Assembly: GCF_001194135.2 (NCBI RefSeq) | Contig: NC_069001.1 | Span: forward strand, 39,295,211-39,359,210 | DNA from: Octopus bimaculoides | Lineage: Eukaryota | Reading direction: 5' to 3' | Length of the DNA stretch: 64,000 bases | Shown here: positions 12,957-25,780 of the stretch, piece after piece | How the letters are laid out: every line of letters begins with the position of its first letter | Numbering within the stretch: position 1 is the stretch's first letter | Notes under the pieces: generated by a model | What the model was told of the DNA's origin: nothing | Database searches by the model: none | Seen by the model: the letters and a program-made list of their open reading frames with translations, nothing else | Position numbers and translations under genes: made by a program

Positions 12957-13468
12957 AAATCAATACAATACCTCTTCTCCTGAGAGTCTTATTGTTCACC
13001 AACTCCAAATCTTCTCCAGTTTTCTGCCAACTCCCGCTTCAACAAGCTGGAAATATGCCGATCGTTACAATTTAAATAACACATTTAGACTTAGTCTCAT
13101 ATATTCAAATGTTATATACTTTATTCAGCTGTTTTGCTCACTCGTGTTGTTGCCGTTCTTGGTGGTGGTGGTGGTTCCACCGTTTTTGTTGTTGTTGGAA
13201 ACTTCGTTCGTAGCTTTTTTTTACATCACGGAATAACGAGAATTTTACGTGGAATGTGTAGCTTTTAGATCGTTATTCCAAATAATTTGATGAGTATTAC
13301 AATGGAATAATGGCGATTTATATCGCAACCAATCCGTATTATTGCAGTCTAAAAATACAGAGGGAAATAAATGTCGGATTTCAACTCGTGAGCAATTAAC
13401 AGTTCTCTCATCTATACACTCACACACTTAAAACCGCTATCTCTTTTGCTGTCTACCTACATATATTA

Positions 13469-13511
<43 letters not shown>

Positions 13512-13741
13512 TTCTGTCTGTCTATCTATCTACCTACACGCCAAAATCTCTCGCTGTATCTCTAATTCTCTATATATGCACGTGTCTGAGCCTATCAATC
13601 TGTCTCTTTCGCTATCATTGTAACTGTCAATCGCACACACTTTATGTATCGATATATTCAATATATCCATGCACATATCTCTACTGCGTATATATATATA
13701 TATATATATATATAAATATTGTGAATGTGTGTGTGTGTTTG

Positions 13742-13798
<57 letters not shown>

Positions 13799-13814
13799 GG
13801 TCGAGTCGGGCTTT

Positions 13815-13913
13815 TGCTACTCTGAGTTCAAATTCCATCTAGGTCCACCCAATCTTTCATCCCTTCGGGGTTGATAAATTCAGTACCAGTAAAACATTGG
13901 GGTCGATGTAATC
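13815..13913 (+). mobile_element. SINE family A, 5'-truncated copy
   Basis: tctgagttcaaattcc...tttcatcccttcggggttgataaattcagtaccagtaaaacattggggtcgatgtaatc. Confidence 0.7.
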
Positions 13914-14499
13914 TCCTTTAGTAGACAGGATTGTCTCATATGTGGTATTCAGTGCTCTGTGTCCCGGAAGTCAATTCTAACCGTACACACACATACACAC
14001 ATACATACATACATACACACATACACACACATACATAAGCATGCATACATACACACACATGCATACATACACACATGCATACATACTCGCATTCACACAT
14101 ACACACACATGCATCCATACACACATACGCACACATGGATACATCCACACACACACTAACATGCACTCCTATGTATATTCTTTCTCCACGCACTTAAATA
14201 GGGATGTTTAGGTAATCGATAATCTATTGTTGCTCAAATCAGTTTATGTGATGACATGATCAAAACATTTACGTTGTTAGAGCTTCGTATTACCAACAAC
14301 TTCAACAAACAATATTGTTGTTGTTGATATTACTGTTGCTTTTGTTATTGCTGCGGCTGTTGTTGCTGATGATGATATTGATGATATTGTTTTTGCTGTT
14401 GTAAGTGTTGTTGTTGCTGTTATTGTTGTCGATGTTGTTACATTCAAGCCATGGCCTCCTAAATATTTACAGAAATTTTTATGTCTAAATTAAAGAATA

Positions 14500-14570
14500 G
14501 GTCCTTTCCTTTCGATATGTGAGATTTAATTTGAAGGGTTTCTGATTGCTATTTCTAGCAGGTCTGGCCA
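14500..14570 (+). mobile_element. Interspersed repeat family D fragment
   Basis: Diagnostic motif gattgctatttctagcaggtc, also at about 5770, 23590(-), 34530(-), 37330, 44580(-), 48850(-), 49050(-) and 63790. Confidence 0.6.
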
Positions 14571-14680
14571 AGTACATGTACGTTTCCTCCTTTATTCGCC
14601 TTAATCCAAATAAGTGAACGCTATAGATGTAAATTTAATGAAAAATGTAATTTTACTTATTCCACACGCAACGACGCTTA

Positions 14681-14747
14681 TCAATCAGCCTCATTTCTAA
14701 TTAATCAGCCTCATTTCTAATCAATCAGCCTCATTTCTAATTAATCA
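14681..14747. repeat. 20-bp tandem repeat (tyaatcagcctcatttctaa) x ~3.3
   Basis: Directly visible, with alternating tc/tt variants. Confidence 0.9.
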
Positions 14748-16026
14748 AAATACGTTTTCATTCGAAATTATCTGCTTTTTTTTTTATAGCAGAATTAATC
14801 AAAATGATTTTACTCTTCGTTATGATTCTTATTATTAATTAATTGAAATATCTTTATTTTTCACATTTGGAATATCATAACATATTTTTTTTTCTCAGGC
14901 AGCAGGCGACACTCGGTATATTCCTTAACCATTAATTTATTACAAAACTAATTTATTCACAAAACAATACATCCTCCCTGGTCATTGAAGAGAGGGCAAT
15001 AACACTTAGACGATGATTCACTGATGAAGACTAAAACCTAACGAAACTTTTTGGCATCAGTAATTACACTGTCAAAGAACAAACTTTCTTTACCAAAAAC
15101 ACCTCAATTCAAAATAATTTCCGTAAACTTAGATTTCGAGTTTGACTCCCCCGTTTCCCTACATTAGAACAAACGATTAAAATTGATCTTCTTATAGCTG
15201 TTGTAATCAAAATCCCTTCACTCACTACGTGAAATACGTTAGCACCCATTTTACCGTGTTTTGTTTTTGCGCAGCACCAACTCCTCGACCATTTTCGCCC
15301 AGTCATTATTTTATCATTAAACGATAATCATAAATTGACATTTTACGCAAGCTGTTAACAAACATCTTGCGTAAAACATGTTCTCCGTGTAAACCATTGA
15401 ATGACGTAGGTTTTCTAACAGCAGAGCAACACGGCAGAATGCTTTAGAGAATGGAGAGATAACTCGACTAGGAAAGAACTCACTAATTTGATAGCCATTT
15501 AAGAGCTTCTCCACAGCAGTTGTGTCCACTGCTATTTCGCAGACAATAGCCACTATTATGGTTCCCTTTCTATTTATAATGAAACGAAGAAATTCTTAAT
15601 GATCCCACCGCTCCTCCACCGTTTGTAGAGGAGACTGCTGAAGCTGTTTTCAACATGGATGCATCAAGATTGTTTTGAACGGAGAAGAAGGTTATACAGA
15701 GTAACGCTCTCTCGTGCTGGAGTGCAGCTTGACATTAACATTTTCCATTGCAAATACCAAACGTACTTCGACCTATCGATAGAAATACTACACACATGAA
15801 TACAGAAACGCATATTAATACATATTCATTCATACATCATAGACAGATATACTAACATTTACACACTCACACATATATAAAATACATGCACACATACACG
15901 TACATATTGCGTAAGAAATTCACAAATAACAGGAAAACATATATTTGAACATGATAATAATAATAGTAGTAGTAGTAATGATAATAATAACGATATTAAT
16001 ACTATTGTATAAAATAGACATCATTG

Positions 16027-16065
<39 letters not shown>

Positions 16066-17061
16066 GTCAGTATGACTTTTTGTAGATAGGAACTCTGTAT
16101 AAACCTCGTCCAATACACGCACGCAGTAGCTCGCACAGGCACACACACAAAGAAAGTAATAAGGTGAATAGACAGACAGACAGACATAGGAGCATATACG
16201 TATAATGTTTACACGTTTTCACACCTAAATACACAAATGAAGCCAATTGAAGCGAGATTACAAAACTATTACGATATACTTAAATTTAGGTGAAAAATAT
16301 TTGGGTAGTCATGATTTTCAAAGACCTCATTCTGATTTCACTTCCGCTTTATATCTGATACCGTGTGGTGTTTGTACAATTACAATAATCGCATTGCATG
16401 GAGATATTAGTAGAGAACATATGCATAACACTCTTATAATACTTTCACATACACAAACACACACGCATAGACATACCTTTATGTAACTATGTATGTATAT
16501 ATGCATGTATGTGTGTCTTATGTATATATGTATTTATAACTTAATATGGTGTAGAATAAATTCTTCATTAATTATAAACTATGCTAGAAACTATTCTATG
16601 CCATTATTGGTGAAACAGACGACGTTACGGTGGGGGAGGGGTATCAAAATAATGGAAAGAAACTATTCAATTGAGGTTTATAGCCATGTCTCTCTTTTGC
16701 CTCGTTCTGGCCTAAAATTTAACATTTAATGCAGGATAGTAGCAGCCATTTCCAGTATGGAAAGGAGTTTACCCCGGAGACATTTACAACCATATATGGC
16801 GGAATTGTTATAATTTATTTTGACCTACTTTATTTTTCATCGTTTCGACTCCAATATGTTCTACATTTGTAATTGGAATTAATGAACATATGGTTGTTAA
16901 TTACTAATTTAAAGATGTCTCGCTGATATCATTGAAATCCAATTAATGTTATAAAGTAGATTGTTTATTTTCATCACTAAATATACAAGCGAAATTACGT
17001 GTGTGTGTGCTTGTATATAACTCTGTATGTATGTATGTATGTATGTATGTATCTATTTATC

Positions 17062-17092
<31 letters not shown>

Positions 17093-17277
17093 CTATATCT
17101 ATATCTATCTATATATATATATATATATATATATACATACAGGGAGAGGAGAGAGAAAGTCATAAAATACTCGTTGAGTTAGACACGTGACCAAATGAAT
17201 ATATTGGGATTTTACGAGAAGCAATATACCAGGAGAGAACAAGAACGCTCACACCATTTAGCACAAAAATACAACAG

Positions 17278-17318
<41 letters not shown>

Positions 17319-17757
17319 TTAAGCACACAGGCACATATGTGTATACGTATATTCACAGACGTGCATACATATCTAATTATTTATTAAAATTGACGGTTAC
17401 AACACTAGTCCTGTTATCATCTGGTTGAAAACTCTCAGAGGTATTCTTCAGAGAAGGGAAAAACGTGGATGTATTTCCATATATTGAGAATATTGCCATA
17501 AATAGGTGTTATTTCGTTTTGAAACAGGCGCACACGCATACACACACTCACACACAAGACAGCTTACACACGCAGATAGGCTGAAATTTTCTTTACTAAT
17601 GCGCTATATAATCTCATTTTATGTTGCCCTTGTAATTCTGCCATTTTACTACTTGCACATCTGTTCAGCTGATCACTTTGCCTGATAGGTAATGGTTGAT
17701 CTTTAATTCAAATTTAAATTTCTAATATGCAATTATTATTATTATTATTATTATTAT

Positions 17758-17788
<31 letters not shown>

Positions 17789-17794
17789 GGTGGT

Positions 17795-17975
17795 AAGGCG
17801 GCGAGCTGGCAGAATCGTTAGCAAGCCGGGCGAAATGCTTAGCGGTATTTCGCCTGTCGTTCTGTTCGGAGTTCAAATTCCGCTGAGTCCGGCTTTGCCT
17901 TTCATTCTTTCGGGGTCGATGTAATCGACTCATCCCCTCCCCCAAACTGTTGCCCTTGTGGCAAAACTTGGAGCC
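17795..17975 (+). mobile_element. tRNA-derived SINE, family A, near full length
   Basis: aaggcggcgagctggcagaatcgttagc (A-box-like) ... gagttcaaattcc (B-box-like) ... ctttgcctttcattctttcggggtcgatgtaatcgac. Confidence 0.85.
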
Positions 17976-18109
17976 ATTATTTTTATTAGTAGTAGCATAA
18001 GTAGAGATTGTTATTATTGTTTCACTTCTCAGAACGCTCGATCTTTTTTGTTTTGGTAGATTCTATGAGAAGGGACAGAGATCTCAGGATCTCTTTCCGC
18101 ACATTATAA

Positions 18110-18400
18110 GATTTGATAATTAGTTGCTAATTATCGTGCGAGACATTCAACATCCAATGCCAATTTCAAAATCCTAGCTGTCCCAAGCAGAGCAGGTTTG
18201 GTGGGGGCGTGCTCTGCTCTCATGTCAATTCCGATTTCTTTGACATATTTCTTGAACTTGGTTCTTAGTGCTCCGAGTGCCCCCTACTGGAATGAAACAC
18301 TCCCCTCATACTCCACACTCTTGCAATTTCGTCTTTTAATAAATAGTATTTTCTAGTTCTTTGTCACTTGTGCGTGAATCCTCAGGTATGTCTAATCACA
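18110..18400 (-). mobile_element. R4/Dong-clade LINE 3' fragment, decayed
   Basis: Minus translation DIPEDSRTSDKELE / KYYLLKDEIARVWSMRGV / GALGALRTKFKKYVKEIGID..PALLGTARILKLAL*. Confidence 0.8.
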
Positions 18401-18478
18401 AATAAACTTTATCTACCGATGCGATGTTTAGAACTCAATCTCATTGTTCAACATTTAATATACATGTTTGTGTATGTA

Positions 18479-18512
<34 letters not shown>

Positions 18513-18572
18513 CACACATCTAAATACTGCTTATTTTCGTGCAATTTATACTTTAAAAAAATCACGCTATGC

Positions 18573-18625
<53 letters not shown>

Positions 18626-19134
18626 CATACATACATACATACATACATACACGTGGCGGGGTGAGTTCGTGTATAGAGATGGGAAGCGAACTCAGGAGGT
18701 AAGAGTTCGTCTACTCAGCACAGTGAATATGCGTCAAGATATGTAAGCTGAGACAACCCCAGTTGTCTCGACACAAAACATTTTTTTACTGTCACCCAAT
18801 CTGTGGACACGATTCGATCATGTGATGTTTTTCACGCTCAGAACCGTTGAATATTTAAGCTTACGTGGACTCGTCCAGAAGGAAACAAAACACATTATGT
18901 CCTCTACCAGGTGACGTAGATATACATCGACTCATTGTTGTCGATTAACTCTTTTCACCTTAGCACACTCTGGTACAGACAGTTCATCTTGTTTCGCGGG
19001 CAAAATGAAGATATCGTTCGCCACTTCTCACTTCAGTTTCTAATTGTTGCAATATTTAGTTGGTACGTTTATAAAATTATATTCTGTGTACGATATTATC
19101 CATCTTACTTTATGGCAGACGCGGGAAATCTTAA

Positions 19135-19640
19135 AAAGAATAATGGCACGATTGAAGGCATTTAACTCAATAAAGAATGTGCTCCCAGCAAAGCGAGAGA
19201 ATGCCCCAGGCTCCTGACTCTTCAACAGCATCGTCCTACCTCCAACTTTACACCCAAGTGAGACGTGGACTACTAGGAAGAGATTAGAACCTCGATCGGC
19301 GACGACACAAACGGCCATGGAAAGATTCATACTAGGAACATCACAAAGAGAGCACATTCGAAATGGGATAATTCGAGGATGAAGCGGGATGAACGATGTG
19401 GTTGCAGAGTAGCTAAAGCGCAATTTCTGGTGAGTCAGTCCTGTTGCAAGGTTCACAACAAGAGGTGGACCCGTGCAGTTGCCGAGTGGTATCTAAGAGA
19501 TCAGGAAAGAAGGTTGTTCGGAAGGTTTAAACGGCGATAGGAAGAAGATCTAGTCAAGCAATTTGAGTCATGATGGAAAAGAATAGCTCCGTCAAGACAG
19601 AATTGGAAGCGCATTGTGAACAGCGGTGTAAAACATCTGG
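19135..19640 (+). mobile_element. RTE-clade LINE 3' fragment (C-terminal of RT), with stops
   Basis: LFNSIVLPPTLHPSETWTT..TQTAMERFILGTSQREHIRNGIIR..VARFT / RWTRAVAEWY..GR matches the RTE pattern. Confidence 0.8.
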
Positions 19641-19805
19641 TGGTCTAGCTGATACTGTGTAAATATACTCATCAAGTCAACTTTTGTTCCTCTACCGTTT
19701 TATGTCTGTCTGTCTGCTTGATTCTGTTTGTCTGTCTATCTATCTACACACCCATATGGATTTATATATATGTAAATACATGAATTGTATAATCCCTCGT
19801 ATTTA

Positions 19806-19901
19806 GTCTAATTACAATTTTACTTTCCATTTGCAGGTAAGTTGACTTGCCTCACTATCCACCCTATAGACCGAAGACGGTTGTAAACGCCAGGTAAGAT
19901 A
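19806..19901 (+). other. Candidate recursive splice site with 57-nt RS/cryptic exon (19837-19893)
   Basis: GTCTAAT branch-point-like motif (A at 19811), pyrimidine tract, TTGCAG|GTAAGT at 19836/19837, second donor CCAG|GTAAGA at 19893/19894. The exon has stops in all three frames. Confidence 0.6.
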
Positions 19902-20194
19902 CAAGCTTTCAAATATACAAGCACACTCACTCACTATCTTTCTCTCTCGCTCTCTCAAACACACACACATACAGCTACGACTGCTTAGTTTATAGAGTCG
20001 AAGTTAGGCTTGTTTTATTCGGCGAAAATTGTGAGAGGGAATGGAATTACATTGGGCTTACACCTGTAGTTTGGAGAGGAAATCCTTGAGCAAAGGTTCG
20101 TGTCGTTGGCGGTGAGGATGAACTTGGATGTCATTCCAATAATTCTTTATCACAGCCTCTGACTCGTTTCCATACCACCTTTATGCTACTCTGA

Positions 20195-20195
<1 letters not shown>

Positions 20196-20262
<67 letters not shown>

Positions 20263-20275
20263 GTCTGTCTGTCTA

Positions 20276-20342
<67 letters not shown>

Positions 20343-20343
20343 G
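20196..20343. repeat. Compound (TCTA)n(TCTG)n microsatellite running into a gap
   Basis: Visible. Confidence 0.98.
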
Positions 20344-20474
20344 NNNNNNNNNNNNNNNNNNNNNNNNNNNNNNNNNNNNNNNNNNNNNNNNNNNNNNNNN
20401 NNNNNNNNNNNNNNNNNNNNNNNNNNNNNNNNNNNNNNNNNNNNNNNNNNNNNNNNNNNNNNNNNNNNNNNNNN

Positions 20475-20517
<43 letters not shown>

Positions 20518-20613
20518 GCACGTGTGTGTGTGTGTGTGTACTTGCACATGTGTGCATGTATACATATGAATACTTACGTGTGGTGAGCAAGTGCATGCGA
20601 ACACACACATATG

Positions 20614-20909
20614 ACCACTCCGTCGGTTACGAAAACGTGGGTCCCAGCTGATTCATGAAACTAACGTGCAAGTAACTGAACACTCCAGACACGTGTGCCC
20701 TTCACAACGTAGTTCTCAGGGAGAATCAGCGTGACACATTGTGACAAGGCTGGCCCTTTGATATACAAGTACTCCTCATTTTTGCCAGCTGAGAGGACTG
20801 GAGCGAAATAAAGTGTCTTGCTCAAGGACACAACGCGTCGCTGGGATTTGAACTCACGACCTTACGATCGTTAGGCGAATAACTTAATCACTAAGCCACG
20901 CGCCTTCAC
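20614..20909 (-). mobile_element. tRNA-derived CORE-like SINE, family C
   Basis: Reverse complement starts gtgaaggcgcgtggcttagtga (A box) ... gagttcaaatccc (B box) ... tgtgtccttgagcaagacactt (CORE-like); homologous to 44161-44455. Confidence 0.8.
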
Positions 20910-20952
20910 TGATGTATGTATATTATGTGTATATATATATATATATATATAT

Positions 20953-21020
20953 TCTATAGCCTCGGGTCGACCAAAGCCTTGAGTGAATTTGGTACACGGA
21001 AACTGAAAGAAGCTCGTTGA

Positions 21021-21057
<37 letters not shown>

Positions 21058-21278
21058 CGTGTGTGTACATGTTTATGTGTGTTTGTCCCCCTAATATCGC
21101 TTGACAACCATTGTTGGTGTGTTCATGTCCCCGTAACTTAGTGCTAGCGGTTCGGCAAAACATACCGACACAATAAGCACTAGGCTTACAAAGAATAAGT
21201 CCTGGGGTTGATTTACCCGACTAAAGGCGGTGCTACAGCATGGCAGCAGTCAAATGACTGAAACAAGTAAAAGAAATA
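20953..21278 (+). mobile_element. SINE family B lacking head, with internal (TA)n(TG)n
   Basis: ctatagcctcgggtcgaccaaagcctt...ggaaactgaaagaag...ttgtcccc...ctaaaggcggtgctacagcatgg..caaatgactgaaacaagtaaaag. Confidence 0.8.
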
Positions 21279-22530
21279 TAATATATATAAACTCTTACAC
21301 GCATGTATATATTTACATTTGGTTGTTCGGATAAGATTTAACCGGGAGGGAGACATTGTTTCCTTGCGAAGGTTTTAAGTTAACAAGAACCTAACTTCCT
21401 TTCGTGTAGGCCAGCCAACTGGTCTGCTATTTGTTTCTAATGTTATGAACTTACTTGACATTACATGTCGCCGTCTCTCCTTCCATTCTCTCACTTCTAT
21501 TGCGTCTGGCATTCTGACAATATATACTTAGGTGTCTGGAACTGCTATCAAAACCTGGTCACAAGAATAAACTCTTGGATACCACCTTCATTAAGGTTTC
21601 CTATTTCGAATGGAGGAATATCCGTGTTCATATGTGTGCGTGTGTTTATCTGTGCACACACCTACACCTTACTGTAGGATATAATATGGTAGCCAAATAA
21701 TGACGTAAGAACTCCTATACGAACCTGTATATATATATATATATATATAATTAGAGATATACAGCGGTATCTCTGTATTTTGTTTTCCGACACCTCAGCT
21801 GTATGAATAAGGTGAAAAGAAAATAGCTTTTGTCTGTAAAAATGTTTGAAACAATGAAGAAATTACACGTCCGAATCTATTGATTTCTGAAGGATTTCGT
21901 CAAGAAATCGATTATCTTGTGGAAATGGCAATTAATCACCTTCAGTTGCTGATCACACTGTTGTGATTGAAATGATAGAATCGGGACGGTGAACCTGTCA
22001 ATGTGGACTAATGAGAAGCGCCCTCTGTACTACAACAACAACAACAAGTAAGAAACATCTTGTAAAACGTCGTAGAATTCACGAGAGGTTTCTATTTCGA
22101 GTTGCGTTCTCTGTGAAAGCCACGATTAACTTTCGATCGCAAACTGTTTTACAATTCTCCGATAGTTTGGCAAGTCTCTGAAGAAAATTAGGAGGAAAAA
22201 ATAAAAATTAAATTTCTTTGGACGAACAAATATTTTGTTTCTCTTTGTTTTTTTTCTTATAGTTTAGTATCTTTTATTCGGACTTAGCTGGAACTTGTCC
22301 TAATCTAGCGGGCCTATGTTCAAAAATCTTCCATCCTTGACCATCCTGTGCTTAAACTCAATGACTACATTAATATGTCTTCGTTGATGCTGTGCTTGTT
22401 GTTTATTGTGGTGGTGATGATGATGACGGTGATTGGGATGATTCTCTTTAGCACACAGTTTGACTTGATACTAAAAACTTATGGTTCAAGTAACTCCAGC
22501 CGTGACCCTCACGTCTTTTATTTAGAAATA

Positions 22531-23260
22531 CACTGAGCTGCAAAAGAAACGCGAGATGTATGTGACTGTGAAATATATTTCAATTTTATTATGTCAGAGA
22601 TAAATTTTAATAAGTCTGATAGTAAATTCGTTGGATGCACTTTGACCTCAGTCTATGGGTCGCGTTGTCATGCGTTCTAGTAGTGGGCGGATCAAGCACA
22701 TCTTGATTGTAGGGCGTGACATGTTCAAAACCGTGTATGCCCTCCCTGGGTGTTCAAAACTATACACTGTCAATGCATGGGGCGGTTCACAAAAGCCATT
22801 GGTACTTGTGCCCACACTTGGAGGAAAGCTACCTCTAGTACCACACGTGTTGTCGGCTTTGAGACCACCTGGTTCAGCCGTCTCTGGGTTTAATTCATTC
22901 TACAGGTGTTCAATTGGGTTCAAATCCGGGCTGAGAGCCTGGCGGGCGGTGAGGACAAGCCCTCGAGCAGGACGGCGGCAACGCAGGCTGTTGCCGCTCA
23001 GTCGACGTCTACCGTGTTGCCGCTGTCCAATGCCAATGGTCTCTCGAGCTGTCACGCTGACCGGTCTGAAGCAATCACGGAGGTGTTGCAGGTGGATGAA
23101 GCGGTCCTGCGTTTTGGCGTCTCGTTTCAAGGGAAGTTGAAAAATTACTTGTAATTTAGGTCTCAGCCATAAACCAACATGTCTTACATCCCCGAAATTT
23201 TCACAATTTACCATATAAAAAGGACATTTGGAAAAATGGTGTTTCTTTTGCGGTTCAGGG
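22531..23260 (-). mobile_element. Tc1-like DNA transposon, non-autonomous, internally deleted, both TIRs present
   Basis: TA|CACTGAGCTGCAAAAGAAACGC at 22531 and an inverted copy at 23239-23260 (18/22). Minus translation QDRFIHLQHLRDCFRPVSVTARET...ALSPDLNPIEHL...AFLQVWAQVPMAFVNR..VLNTQGGHTRF* resembles Tc1 transposase. Confidence 0.85.
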
Positions 23261-23319
23261 CAGCGTGTCCAAGACTATATTGTCTAATGCGTATCTTGTC
23301 ATTGTTTAGCAAAGACAGT

Positions 23320-23640
23320 CATATGATCCTGCAGTCACGTGATCGAATATATTCCCTCCGTGACCCTCCCATAATTTTGTCAGTCATAGTGTATCTGGGA
23401 CTACAGTAGTTAAAACTAGTGGCTTTAGTCGTTGTTTAGCCCTAGGTCCGTCCTGGTCTAGCGGACTCATGATCAGAGATGTTCTAAACTTGAACATCTC
23501 ATCTGGGAGTACATTATCTGGGAGTACATTATCTAACTTGTCCTTCTGAGACTTTGACCAAGAGTCAGGAATGAGATTGCTCAACATGCTAGAAATAACA
23601 GCCTATAACCTTAAAAGATTAAGTGGATGTATTGGATAAT
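23320..23640. mobile_element. Family D repeat fragments in opposite orientations
   Basis: ccgtgaccctccc..catagtgtatctgggacta (+) followed by catgctagaaataacagcc (-). Confidence 0.5.
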
Positions 23641-24024
23641 GAATTCTCTGAGATAGAGGATGGGTTGGTCACTCCTAAAATGTGTTTAACCATTTACCAG
23701 TAATATCAATGTTGACCAAGATTTAAATAATAGCTTGGACAACTCATTAATTTTGACATCTGACCTAATGCGCACGCGCGCGTACACACACACACACACA
23801 CCACTGAGACACATGCTCATATGCAGAAAATCCCATAATACAGTGTGTAGAAGATATATACACACATAGAACTCTCAACAAACACACACAAGCACTGAAC
23901 ATAAACACATATACAGAACTGTGAACGGCCGCACATACATACACATAGAACTGCGTATGAATATATACACAAATACATATATATCTGAGTCTGGATACAG
24001 ACACAACTCTTGGAAAGGGACACG

Positions 24025-24100
24025 CCCACACACCTGCACTCACCTCCACACACAAACACACGCACACACCTACACTCACCTCCACACACAAACACACGCA
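24025..24100. repeat. ~36-bp CA-rich tandem repeat x2
   Basis: cacacacct(g/a)cactcacctccacacacaaacacacg repeated twice. Confidence 0.8.
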
Positions 24101-24542
24101 CACAGACACTCAAAGACACAGCCTTGCACGTCTAACTTCAGTAGAATGTCAGTTGATTACTGGAATAAATTGAAAATCAATTTAATTACTTAATTAGTTA
24201 ACCGTCTTGTAATGTTGTAATAATATTTTGGTCTATAAAAGAAACCATTAAAACGAAACCAACAGATTTTCATCAACATATTTCACGCTGTATCCGCGAC
24301 ATTTGTTATACATACATAAATGCATACTTTATATGTTTGCTTGTATATATATATATATATAAGTATATATATATATATATACATATACACTACGCGCAGA
24401 TGTGTGTGCATGTGTGTGTCGTAGAAAACCCTTTCGAAGAGGTCTTACTTGGTTACCAAGTTAAGAGGTCAATGGGTGAAAGAGAATCTTGTCTGAAACC
24501 TATGAGCCCACTTAAATGTCGCTGCATTCATTTCTTTTCTTA

Positions 24543-24587
<45 letters not shown>

Positions 24588-25732
24588 ATATATATACCTC
24601 ATCTTTACATAACTAATTCCTATCATAAAGACCACTCTTTCTAGTTGACGTTTTGTCTTTTCCTGCTTTTGTCTTTAATCGCCTGTCTTTATTTATATTT
24701 ATTTTCTATAAATTCTTATTTTCATTTCTTTTTTTTTTGTATTTAGTTTGCCTTAATAATCTCTTATCCTTTATGTTTTACTTTTATATTGTTAGATTTT
24801 GTATGGTATTGAATTTCATATTTTGCATACACACACACACACTCACCGTGTGTGTGTGTAATACATGCATTGTGTTTCTGGCGTTGCGCCAAAATTTGAA
24901 ACCAAGATAGACGTGATGTTTCGTACTGCAACCCTTTGCTTTCGGGTGCAATTCCGTCTTTGCAGTTTATAATCTCTTTGCTAACGCTACAAGTTCGAGG
25001 TGATCAAAGAGCGGGAAGTTAGCTTACCATTTTACCAGCTTTTTCCTAGTAAACTCTGTTGTTATCATGCACAACCATTTTCAAGCATGGGCAGTATTAA
25101 TCTTCCCGTTTCCTTCTTAACCCAACCTCCCCAATTTTTCCTCCATCATTCGTCCGATTAATTTTTATCTGACGGTAAATGGAGGGCTACAGGGTCTTCA
25201 ATAAGGAACGCAGTTTGTAGATCGTGCAGCGGAATTATTTTCGCCTGCAGACTGCAGTGGCGTGAAAATCGAATCACCAGACTATCTCTTTCAGTTTCTA
25301 GAGAAAGAAAATCCTCCTCAGCATAAACTGAGTACTTCTCTCTCATTTCTTTCGATATAAACCAAGGTATATATGTTTATGTGAGTGTGTTTGTGTCATG
25401 TTCATTTATATCGTCATGGTACTATCTTCATTCTGCATTACCAACGGTTTTCCACTGTTTTTCTCTTTTTAAAGAATAAGGATGATTATATCAGCGGTAA
25501 ATAAAATTCTCTTATTTAACCTTGAAATGCGATGTAAAATGTTACCGACGCGCATTATGTTACAACAACAATTCTTTCCCCCACAATCGTTAGAATACTC
25601 AACAGCGAGAAAAACGCAGCAGCAACGTGGGAAATTTCGGCTTCCAGTAAATACATCGTTCTATTCTTAGTTAGGATTTAACTTTTCTTCCTCTCCATAA
25701 TAATCACGTATATTCCTCCATCTATTCAGGCA

Positions 25733-25780
<48 letters not shown>

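Noticed and set aside
15021-15050. CTGATGAAGA...CGAAAC hammerhead-like spacing
   Set aside because: Stem II does not pair and there is no NUH triplet with a stem I.
18357-18392. Plus-strand CTCAG|GTATGT donor and a possible small exon
   Set aside because: It lies inside the minus-strand Dong LINE fragment and is explained by TE sequence.
20850-20909. tRNA-like A/B boxes here and at 17795, 54971 and 63335
   Set aside because: These are SINE heads that continue into family body sequence and do not form a cloverleaf; they are not tRNA genes.
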